64,000 bases of DNA from positions 16,706 to 80,705 of the IMG/VR virus record IMGVR_UViG_3300025853_008930. One strand, 5' to 3'. Position 1 is the first letter of the stretch, and every line of letters starts with the position of its first letter. A program made the position numbers and the translations under genes. Shown in pieces: positions 40,219-48,175 of the stretch. The notes beneath the pieces are model-generated. The model was not told where the DNA came from. It saw nothing but the letters and a program-made list of their open reading frames with translations, and did not search any database. The stretch is from a virus.

Positions 40219-40569
40219 TTATTCACCTTCGGGGCCATAATCTCCTACATATCGAGCAAGTCTTAAAATTTCTTCAGCCACATCTCTAGCCTCAAATTCC
40301 AAACCTGCTAATTTATCATAGAACTCTATTATTTTATTCTCATCATAATCTCTATTATCCCTGTTGTAGTCTCTTACTTTTTCAAAGAGTTTTATGTAGT
40401 AATCTCTTGCGTCTACAGCCGGATTTTTTTCGTGCATTTCCATTAATTCAAATTTTGTTCTCACTAAACCTCTTATTAATTTAGACCTTGAGTCCATAGA
40501 CCTTTCTCGTCTATCAATTGCATCTCCTAAATCTTTTCTTATTTCGTCTTTCCATGTCATATTATTCAC
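40219..40569 (-). CDS. W-tag protein (MTWKDEIRK)
   Basis: ORF track; motif. Confidence 0.6.
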   Translation of the reverse strand: MNNMTWKDEIRKDLGDAIDRRERSMDSRSKLIRGLVRTKFELMEMHEKNPAVDARDYYIKLFEKVRDYNRDNRDYDENKIIEFYDKLAGLEFEARDVAEEILRLARYVGDYGPEGE

Positions 40570-40716
40570 CTACTGTAATTTTTTCAACATTAGTGCCGCT
40601 TTAGAACAAACTTTCCTTAGTAGGTCTGCATCATACATATCTTGTTTACTTGCATCCTCTAAATAATCTATCACATGCTCAAGCCCTTTTTGTTTAATTA
40701 TATCTTCCCATGTCAT
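40570..40716 (-). CDS. 48-aa W-tag protein (MTWEDIIKQK...), missing from the ORF track
   Basis: Hand-translated; GGTGA SD upstream. Confidence 0.65.
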   Translation of the reverse strand: MTWEDIIKQKGLEHVIDYLEDASKQDMYDADLLRKVCSKAALMLKKLQ

Positions 40717-40758
40717 ATTATTCACCTTTTATTTTAAACGCTTTTTTCAAAAATTTTT

Positions 40759-41136
40759 CTAGGATTTTTTTCTACCGGCTTCTTTCATTTCATCACGATA
40801 TTCAAATAGAGTTTCCTGTATTGCTTTTTCTATTGCTTGTGTTATTTTATAAAAGCGATTATTAGGGAATGAAAAACCCACAACAGGGTAGGCTTCAAAC
40901 TTGTCTGCAAAATAAAGATAGGATTTATGTAATATCTCTCGTATATTTGCATAATCTAAATAATCAACCCCATCAACTATCTCAAAGGGGGTTTTTTCAT
41001 TAAGATTATAATGTTCTCTACCATCAAAAATAATACTTTTCGCCTCTTCTCGGCTCATTGAACCACCCGCCTTTCTTCTAGCATCTATGTTTTCACTATG
41101 CTCACTCGTTTTTTTAACGGTATCTTTCCAATTCAT
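40759..41136 (-). CDS. W-tag protein (MNWKDTVKK)
   Basis: ORF track; motif. Confidence 0.6.
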   Translation of the reverse strand: MNWKDTVKKTSEHSENIDARRKAGGSMSREEAKSIIFDGREHYNLNEKTPFEIVDGVDYLDYANIREILHKSYLYFADKFEAYPVVGFSFPNNRFYKITQAIEKAIQETLFEYRDEMKEAGRKKS

Positions 41137-41255
41137 TCAAATTCAACTCTTTTTTCAAAAAATGTGGCGGAATTTTTGTAGCACTAGCGTAAAATTTTTT
41201 TTTATAACTATTGTATTTCCAGAATAAAAGTTATACTATTCATTATTAATCATGC

Positions 41256-41612
41256 TTAGTTATAATCAAATAAACTAGTATTCTTAGTTTCTTTAACTTC
41301 ACCCTGCATAGTTATTTTATGCTTGGCTTTAACATCTCTAATGTATCTTAGTAGTGTGTTTAACTTAGTTTTAAGCCCTTTTAACTCACTATCCAATTCA
41401 TCAGTATATTCATTACCCTTAGTTTGAGTTTCTTTAAGTAACTCTCTAAGTTTTTGTGATATTGTATTTAGCCTTGATAATAAGCCAAAGTCAATATCCT
41501 TACTAATGCAACAACCTCCTTTGAAGGGTCGTAGTAATATAAGGGTAATAAATGTAGTAGTTTTATGGGTTAATATGTTATACACAGTAGTTAATAGGTC
41601 AAAATTAACCAT
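41256..41612 (-). CDS. Hypothetical coiled-coil protein (start uncertain)
   Basis: ORF at the strand switch. Confidence 0.35.
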   Translation of the reverse strand: MVNFDLLTTVYNILTHKTTTFITLILLRPFKGGCCISKDIDFGLLSRLNTISQKLRELLKETQTKGNEYTDELDSELKGLKTKLNTLLRYIRDVKAKHKITMQGEVKETKNTSLFDYN

Positions 41613-41747
41613 GAATGCTTATATTATTCAAAATTAACAAAGAAAAAAATTTTGGAACAAAGCCATATGGTTGTAGAGCAACCGATTAACAAGCATATGG
41701 TTCACTTTGCGGAACCCGCCATATATACTTTACAGGAATGAGTAGTC

Positions 41748-42131
41748 ATGTCACTGAACATAGTATATCAAAGAAGCATAAAAGAGGAGAACGAAGACAG
41801 TATTGAGATAAGTTGCTGTAAAGAAGGCAACGAATATTGGGCATATGCCTTAAAAGTCCTTACTTCAATAGCCAACAAGTCAAACACACGGCCACACATC
41901 TATTTTGATTGGGGAAAGAGTAGTAAATGCACCATGAGAGTAGCGGGTTCTTGGAATGCCGAAAGCATGAGTAGTTTCCTAAGAAAAGCATCAAGCAAGA
42001 GAGCAATCGAAAGCGGTCTTTTCAATGGTCGCAGAACTTGGGTTTTCAATCATAAAACTGAAGAATACGAGCGAGTGAATGAAGAAGATGTAGATGCTTT
42101 ACCTAGAGATACCTACGCTATGATGGAGTAG
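41748..42131 (+). CDS. Cassette 1 hypothetical protein
   Basis: ATG about 25 nt after the TATA-like element of the repeat. Confidence 0.65.
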   Translation: MSLNIVYQRSIKEENEDSIEISCCKEGNEYWAYALKVLTSIANKSNTRPHIYFDWGKSSKCTMRVAGSWNAESMSSFLRKASSKRAIESGLFNGRRTWVFNHKTEEYERVNEEDVDALPRDTYAMME

Positions 42132-42140
42132 ATAAATACG

Positions 42141-42190
42141 GTTAAAAAAACCCTGCAAGGTTTCGGCCTTGTGGGGTTTTACCTTTTTTT
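42141..42190 (+). terminator. Hairpin + T-tract terminator (family also at about 42925, 43688 and 47021)
   Basis: GGTxAAAAAAAC-stem-loop-GGTTTTACC followed by T-run. Confidence 0.75.
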
Positions 42191-42315
42191 GGTCAAGGTT
42201 TGGTGCTTACGCTACGCTCTAAATTCATTATATAAATTACATTTATTATATGAATTTACACCAAACCATATGGTTCACTTTCGGAACCCAGAATATATAT
42301 CTTCCATCAAGGAGT

Positions 42316-42520
42316 ATGTGTCTAGCCGGCATAATAGACAAGAACAGACCGGAGTTAAGCGGCCTATCGGCTTAACACTATGGCCTAATGACGAGAGGAA
42401 ACTTGGAATAGAGGTAAAGTGGCTAGAAAAACATGGCGATGGATATGAACGCCCGTATCTAACAAATCAAGTGTTTTTTGCAGGACTAGGGGATATAGGC
42501 TCTCCCCTAGTCCAAGTTTT
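42316..42520 (+). ncRNA. Cassette 2: putative small structured RNA
   Basis: Promoter and terminator but no convincing ORF; tctagcc/ggctaga (42321/42421) and gttaagc/gcttaac stems. Confidence 0.4.
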
Positions 42521-42626
42521 TTTATCGAGGTTTGGTGTCGTTATATATTATAACGGTGAATGTGACACCAAACCATATGGTATGCTTTCAATACCCGTTT
42601 CATATAGTTGTATAGTAATAGTATGC

Positions 42627-42914
42627 ATGTCAGTAGTACAAAAACCGATTAGGCCTAATATTGAAGATTACCAAATTGATAGTGAAAATGATTGGATTGA
42701 AACATTTTGGAGAGATATGGAAACATATAACAATGAAATGAGATTGTGGAATTTTCGCCAACAGTGGTTAAGTGAATATGGAGTAACTGAAGAAATGTGG
42801 ATTCAAACACCTGTTGAACTTCAGCGAATTATGGTCGAGTTACATCATGAATGTGAGAAGCAAAATCAACTCATGTATGACCTTGAGGAATGGCGTGACT
42901 CAATGCCCATTTGA
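42627..42914 (+). CDS. Cassette 3 hypothetical acidic Trp-rich protein (start MSVVQKP)
   Basis: ATG placed after the repeat promoter; the longer ORF-track start crosses two boundary elements. Confidence 0.65.
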   Translation: MSVVQKPIRPNIEDYQIDSENDWIETFWRDMETYNNEMRLWNFRQQWLSEYGVTEEMWIQTPVELQRIMVELHHECEKQNQLMYDLEEWRDSMPI

Positions 42915-43084
42915 GGCATTAGTCGGTCAAAAAACCTCCCTTGCTTTCGGGCTTGGGAGGTTTTACCTTTTTTTATTGAGGTTTGAGGTCGTTTTAATTA
43001 ACTTACTAGATAGTAACCTCAAACCATATGGTTCACTTTAGGAACACGAATTATATATTATATCTATATTAGAGGGTAGAAAGA

Positions 43085-43495
43085 GTGATTAAAATGGTGT
43101 GCGAAGAATGTGGAAGAGGATTGAGATATAATACAGAAAGCGGTTTATGTAGTATGTGCATGAATGATTTAATAGACGAGACGCTAGAGCGTTTTATGCA
43201 AGAAGAGTATAAGGCAGAAGGCGAAAAGGTGTTTAAATGCCCTAAGTGTAATCGCTTAGACTGTATTCAAGGAGACTTTGTTTTGAATGATTGGGAAGAG
43301 TTTAAACCTATACTAAAACCGACAAATACTGATATGTGGTGTCAATATATGTATAAGGGTAAAATGGTTCAAGGTAACACTTTACTGGATGAAATTCAGG
43401 AGTTAAGAATGGAATGCAAGTATTGTGGATATGACTTTGACGGCCAAGACGACGAACTTAACAACAACACAGTTATTACTCATGGAGGTGTCTAA
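43085..43495 (+). CDS. Cassette 4 multi-CxxC Zn-binding protein
   Basis: CEEC, CSMC, CPKC, CKYC. Confidence 0.65.
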   Translation: MIKMVCEECGRGLRYNTESGLCSMCMNDLIDETLERFMQEEYKAEGEKVFKCPKCNRLDCIQGDFVLNDWEEFKPILKPTNTDMWCQYMYKGKMVQGNTLLDEIQELRMECKYCGYDFDGQDDELNNNTVITHGGV

Positions 43496-43497
43496 TA

Positions 43498-43680
43498 ATG
43501 ATAGTAATAACAGGTTGGGCAGTTTGGGATAATGAGGCATGGAGGACAGATTTTCGGAACATATACCCCACAAAGGAACTTGCTATGGAAGCGGCTAAAA
43601 AGCATTATAGTTACTTAGGAGACACAGAAGAAGACTATGGCGACCACATGATAAGTCCGGTTGAAATAACGGTTCATTGA
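43498..43680 (+). CDS. Cassette 4 second small protein
   Basis: GGAGGTG SD; followed by a terminator. Confidence 0.6.
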   Translation: MIVITGWAVWDNEAWRTDFRNIYPTKELAMEAAKKHYSYLGDTEEDYGDHMISPVEITVH

Positions 43681-43837
43681 GTTAAACGGTAAAAAAACCC
43701 CTTGTTTTTAGGAGCAAGGGGTTTTTACCTTTTTTTTATTGAGGTTTGAGGTCGTTTTATACTTATTACTGTTAGTAACCTCAAACCATATGGTTCACTT
43801 TCGGAACTCGGATTATATATCGAACAGGGTGGAGTAT

Positions 43838-44312
43838 GCATGTCGGGAGTCATGAACCGGCAGGGATTGACCGAACACCCTATTGAACGGGGGTAAGGTG
43901 CAATGTTCCGAGTAGTTTCGGCTTATGTAATTATGATGCTCTAATGAGTGAGTTTTTACCTCTAAGAAAAAGTCCTTGAACCTCAAAAGGGGAGTTATTA
44001 CTAGTAACTTGGATAACATTGGCAGTATGGCTCTTAAGAATCAAAGAATCAAGAGAGCGTTCAAAGTGAGTGCGACCCAATCGTATCATACTTGAAGATA
44101 CCCAACTCTTCATCCCATCCTATTCCAATGGCTATTAGTGGCCATAACACCATTGAGAAACAAAGGCGAAAGTCAAAGTTGAAAATGTAAGGCGGCAGAA
44201 AATAGAAAGAGATTGTAAGTTATCTAAATACTAGTTAGTTAGTGACCTCTCATCAAACCTACTAAGCATCACGCATTCCCTTGCTTTGAACGAGTAGCCG
44301 GAGTTTCTCACT
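43838..44312 (+). ncRNA. Cassette 5: putative ~470-nt structured non-coding RNA
   Basis: No sizeable plus-strand ORF between promoter and T-tract; nested 5'/3' pairings. Confidence 0.55.
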
Positions 44313-44460
44313 TTTTTTATCGAGGTTTGGCATCGTTATTATTATGAATTACTTTACCTATGGTAATGCCAAACCATATGGTTCACTTTGAGAACACGGT
44401 TCTTATACCGAATCATAGGTAGTAGTCGCTTCAAGGGGTTGAAGTGTAATTATCATTGAG

Positions 44461-44946
44461 GTGAAAATTATGAATTTGGAAAAACTAGAAACTAATAGAA
44501 ATAACATACGAACATGGATGAAGGAAAACGAAAGCCCGCTTAATGATGCTTTAGAGGGTCTACTCACAGCATCGGAGTTGGCTAAAACTGATGATGAGGC
44601 GGTCAAGTATTGGTCGTCAATTCGTTCACTTTGTGGCAACATGAGTCCTTCTCCTGTTAGAAAAGGTGTGCAATCAAAATACAGTGTCGAGCAATTGGCA
44701 GTATTAGACGCTATTGGAACAGAAGTTGATGAGGCTTCTGTCCGCTACCACAACGACGGTATTATGTCTAAGGTATTGTTTTCTCACGGTAAATCCGGTG
44801 GAAAAACTATGCTTGCAGAAGTATTTGGTAAGACTATGAGAAATATGACCATCAGCAAACTTAAGAAAAAGTTAGATGCAGGAATATGGGATGGAACTCT
44901 AGCCGGTTTAGACTCCTTGACCGAAACAACGGAGGATAATGAGTGA
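44461..44946 (+). CDS. Cassette 6 protein, WDGT paralog family member 1
   Basis: YWSSIRSLCGNM.SP.RKG ... GIWDGTL. Confidence 0.75.
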   Translation: MKIMNLEKLETNRNNIRTWMKENESPLNDALEGLLTASELAKTDDEAVKYWSSIRSLCGNMSPSPVRKGVQSKYSVEQLAVLDAIGTEVDEASVRYHNDGIMSKVLFSHGKSGGKTMLAEVFGKTMRNMTISKLKKKLDAGIWDGTLAGLDSLTETTEDNE

Positions 44947-45185
44947 TTAACATTTCAACCCCTTGTTGCCCCCACTCCCGATTAGGCCGAATAGTGAAAC
45001 TACTCTTACAGTGCAGTAAATAAGCACTTCTTAAGAGATTTGAAAAAATAGTTTCACTATTCGGTCTAAGTTTTTTTATTTAGGGTTTGATGCGGCCTTC
45101 GGCCTAAATGTTTAAAGAACATTTCATCAAACCATATGGTTCACTTTAAGAACCCGATTGATATATCTATTGGCATGGAGATAAC

Positions 45186-45533
45186 ATGCGAAAAATAACA
45201 CAAGACGCAATAAGAGCATTTGAACAGCATAAGAAATTTAAGCGAAGCAATACCGAAGTTGAAGTAAGTGGAAGCGGATTATTTGCCGAACTAAAACTAC
45301 ATGGGAATACAATCGCCAAAAGTGGAATATTTGAAGGTTTGATGATTTCATCAGCCGGATGGAATACCAACACCACAAAAGAACGCTTAAACGGATTTGA
45401 TGGAGTTCACATCCATCAAAAAGACTTCACATGGTATTTGAATGGCCGTGAATGGACAGGCGAATGGGTTGATGTTGATGATTTCACCAAACACGGCCAT
45501 TATTGTCAATTCGTTGGCGGAACATCATTCTAA
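45186..45533 (+). CDS. Cassette 7 hypothetical protein
   Basis: LHGNTIA...AGWNTNTTKERLN; promoter and terminator present. Confidence 0.7.
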   Translation: MRKITQDAIRAFEQHKKFKRSNTEVEVSGSGLFAELKLHGNTIAKSGIFEGLMISSAGWNTNTTKERLNGFDGVHIHQKDFTWYLNGREWTGEWVDVDDFTKHGHYCQFVGGTSF

Positions 45534-45754
45534 TTATGAACTGATATAGTTTGAGGACTATAACTGCCTTTCTCGACCCTTCGGGGTCGGGATTGGCTTT
45601 TTTTGGGGTTGTGAGTAATGTATTTTATAATACTAGGGGAGTATTACTCACAACCATATGGTTCACTTTGAGAACTTGATTCATATACTATTAAGGAAAT
45701 AGTAGTTGCTTCACGGGGTATGAAGTAAACTTACAAACATCGGAGTGATAAAAA

Positions 45755-46264
45755 ATGATGGAATATAGTAAAATAATTAGCAAAACAGACGATATATTGA
45801 CTTGGCTTGATGTCAATGATGCAGGTGCTTTGGATAGTGCCATTCGAGGCATCATTGCAGTTGCTAGAGTCGAAGGACAGACAGAAAAACAATACGGTAA
45901 CTATTGGGGTAGTATTCGCCAAATGTGCGGCAACCTCCCAAACTCACCTATCCGCAAAGGAACTCAACCGTCACTACCTGTCGAAGCACAAGCGGTTGTG
46001 GATTCTGTAATGACTCAAGTAACAGATGCTTTTGCGGGTATTACTGAAAACACTGGACTACTTCTTGAAGTTATCCTACCTTTCAGAAATACAACCGGCA
46101 AAGGCTTTGAGTCTATGGATGACCTAGCCGCATATATGGCAGGTCGAGCCCGTGATGCATTAATTAAGGCTCATAAAGATGGTCGTTGGGATGGAACTCT
46201 TAACGACGGACTAACAGGTATGACCCCTCCTCAACCTGCATCAAAGAAGGAGGCTAGTAAGTAA
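45755..46264 (+). CDS. Cassette 8 protein, WDGT paralog family member 2
   Basis: YWGSIRQMCGNL.SPIRKG ... GRWDGTL. Confidence 0.75.
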   Translation: MMEYSKIISKTDDILTWLDVNDAGALDSAIRGIIAVARVEGQTEKQYGNYWGSIRQMCGNLPNSPIRKGTQPSLPVEAQAVVDSVMTQVTDAFAGITENTGLLLEVILPFRNTTGKGFESMDDLAAYMAGRARDALIKAHKDGRWDGTLNDGLTGMTPPQPASKKEASK

Positions 46265-46519
46265 GGCTAACCGATTACCCCGTGTTGCCCCTCTACTAAA
46301 TTAATTCAACAAATAGCACCCAAAGGACATTACAACTCATACAGTCAAGAGAGTTCACGACTTCTTATGAGATAGTAAAAAATAAAGTGTCCTTTGGGTG
46401 TCTATGCTTTTTTTATGCAGGGTTTGAGGCGTAGAATAATATTCAACAAAAGAATGTGCCTCAAACCATATGGTTCACTTTCGGAACACAATTGATATAC
46501 GCCTCGACCTATAGATACC

Positions 46520-46792
46520 ATGACGGTAATAGATTGGCATGAGCAAGTAAGAGAATACAAAAAACACTATGATGATGATGATGGGATTCATGAATATATA
46601 GAAGGGTTACTCCCTGTATATTTCGGTGACATCAACCAAGTATATCATGATGAGATAGGAACACCTCTCAATATTGAGATTGAACCTCATCATGTCGGCC
46701 TTGAGTTTTGGCGAATAATGATAGGTCATATTTTCGAGGAATATGTTGAGAAATTCTTAGAGGCTTGGCATGAAGTAGAGGAGGAAGAGTAA
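46520..46792 (+). CDS. Cassette 9 very acidic small protein
   Basis: D/E-rich, 90 aa. Confidence 0.65.
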   Translation: MTVIDWHEQVREYKKHYDDDDGIHEYIEGLLPVYFGDINQVYHDEIGTPLNIEIEPHHVGLEFWRIMIGHIFEEYVEKFLEAWHEVEEEE

Positions 46793-47011
46793 ATGATACC
46801 GAGATGGAACGACGAAGTTTATCCGGTAATATCTTCCTTAGACGGTTTCAATAATTCAGCAATTGAAGCGATATGTAGCACATACAAAGACGCAAAAAAT
46901 TATGTTGCTAAATTAGAGAGTAGAGAGGCGTTAAAGGGTCTTGAGTTCGCTATCCTATGCTTCGACATAATAGAATGCGGGGAAATAGTAGACAGTAAAA
47001 TACTGGAATAA
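46793..47011 (+). CDS. Cassette 9 second small protein
   Basis: Coupled ORF followed by a terminator. Confidence 0.6.
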   Translation: MIPRWNDEVYPVISSLDGFNNSAIEAICSTYKDAKNYVAKLESREALKGLEFAILCFDIIECGEIVDSKILE

Positions 47012-47129
47012 ATCACACTCGGTCAAAAAAACCGGCTATCTTTCGGGGTAGTCGGTTTTTACCTTTTTTTCGAGGTTTTGTGCAGTTATTATTTATTTAA
47101 CCCCTTGACAGTTGCACAAAACCATACCA

Positions 47130-47650
47130 CATTATAACCATAAGCCTTCACTTGGTAGCAACAATTACTACCCAAGATTCCCACACCCTCGATAATATTA
47201 TTTTCAATTGAGTGTATAAATAATGAAAATAATAATAAAAATATCAATATCATATACTATATAATAGTAAGAAAAACATTATTTTGGGTCAGCAGGAGGA
47301 GTGAAAATAAAAGTGAAAATAAAATTCTTGAAGGTAAAGGGGAATAACTGTGAAGTTATTATATAATAAATATATTATTTTATTATTTTATTATTTTCAA
47401 TACTACTCTCTTTCTTCCCTCCCCTCCTCGATTTTTACTGTCAAGATTCTTGAGGGTTATTTTCCAAAGGATTTTTTTTCTCTCTCGGAAGCAGGGCAAA
47501 ATAATGAAAATAACAAAATATTAGAGCAGTTGCCCGTTTAGCGTTCAAAATAATCTAAAAATAATCCAAAATAATAACTTGAGTTGGCAAAGTTCATCTA
47601 AATCAAAATAGAAATAAAGGCTTTCTTTAAATGTAATTTAAACGGTAGGA
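47130..47650. other. AT-rich non-coding region with many AAAATAA repeats; candidate replication origin
   Basis: Multiple (G)AAAATAA copies in both orientations; upstream of the helicase gene. Confidence 0.4.
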
Positions 47651-47656
47651 TAAAAC

Positions 47657-48127
47657 ATGGAAGAAGATAAATGGGAAAATATCAAATTAGATGTAGTTGA
47701 ATACCTAGAATCGGGGGCAGAACTTTCTGTTGGATTGAGGCAAGTAATAGAATTAAACTTGCAGGTTGGAGATAATGACGAAAAGGCTAGAACAGGTGTG
47801 CTTAAATCATTGAAAGCGTTGCTAAGTGGTAAGGAAGGAACTCCTTTCCACAAGGGTAACAAGAGCGACCTCCCTGCTAAGGTGAGGGTCAATGTGCAAA
47901 AGTTAGGTAAGATAATGCATGGTGCTTCAATGGCATATATGGAATATGACGAATTGATGCAACTCATCACACCACGACATAAAAAATCCGGTGGTGGTTT
48001 CTATAAAACTCACAAAGAGTTCGCTAATGCTAATAAGAAGAGACTGATGACGAGGCTCAAAAAAGAATATCGTTTAGGTCTGTGGGATGGAACAATAGAT
48101 GGTTTATTGCCTCTTGAAGAAGAGTAA
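47657..48127 (+). CDS. WDGT paralog family member 3 (divergent)
   Basis: LSGKEGTPFHKG, KSGG, GLWDGTI. Confidence 0.7.
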   Translation: MEEDKWENIKLDVVEYLESGAELSVGLRQVIELNLQVGDNDEKARTGVLKSLKALLSGKEGTPFHKGNKSDLPAKVRVNVQKLGKIMHGASMAYMEYDELMQLITPRHKKSGGGFYKTHKEFANANKKRLMTRLKKEYRLGLWDGTIDGLLPLEEE

Positions 48128-48175
48128 TGTCACTATAGGTCATTTTTAGCCCGTCGGCATCCATCCGAGTCGGCC

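Larger units (their letters stand above)
41691..47125 (+). repeat. Array of 10 cassette-boundary elements: hairpin + AACCATATGGTT + CACTTTnnGAAC + TATA
   Basis: Cores near 41693, 42264, 42571, 43022, 43784, 44372, 45130, 45652, 46464 and 47120. Confidence 0.95.

Noticed and set aside
42385-42405. CTAATGA...GAAAC resembling a hammerhead core
   Set aside because: It deviates from CUGANGA and I could not build the flanking stems
42171-42626. N-terminal 152 aa of ORF 42171..42914
   Set aside because: It reads through terminators and two boundary elements; the likely start is ATG 42627
43960-43980. AAGAAAAAGTCC resembling the RNase P GAGGAAAGUCC motif
   Set aside because: Imperfect match and no matching 3' P4 strand seen
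41691-47125. CRISPR array interpretation of the repeats
   Set aside because: The intervals are 0.3-0.8 kb and contain genes with terminators; no cas genes are present
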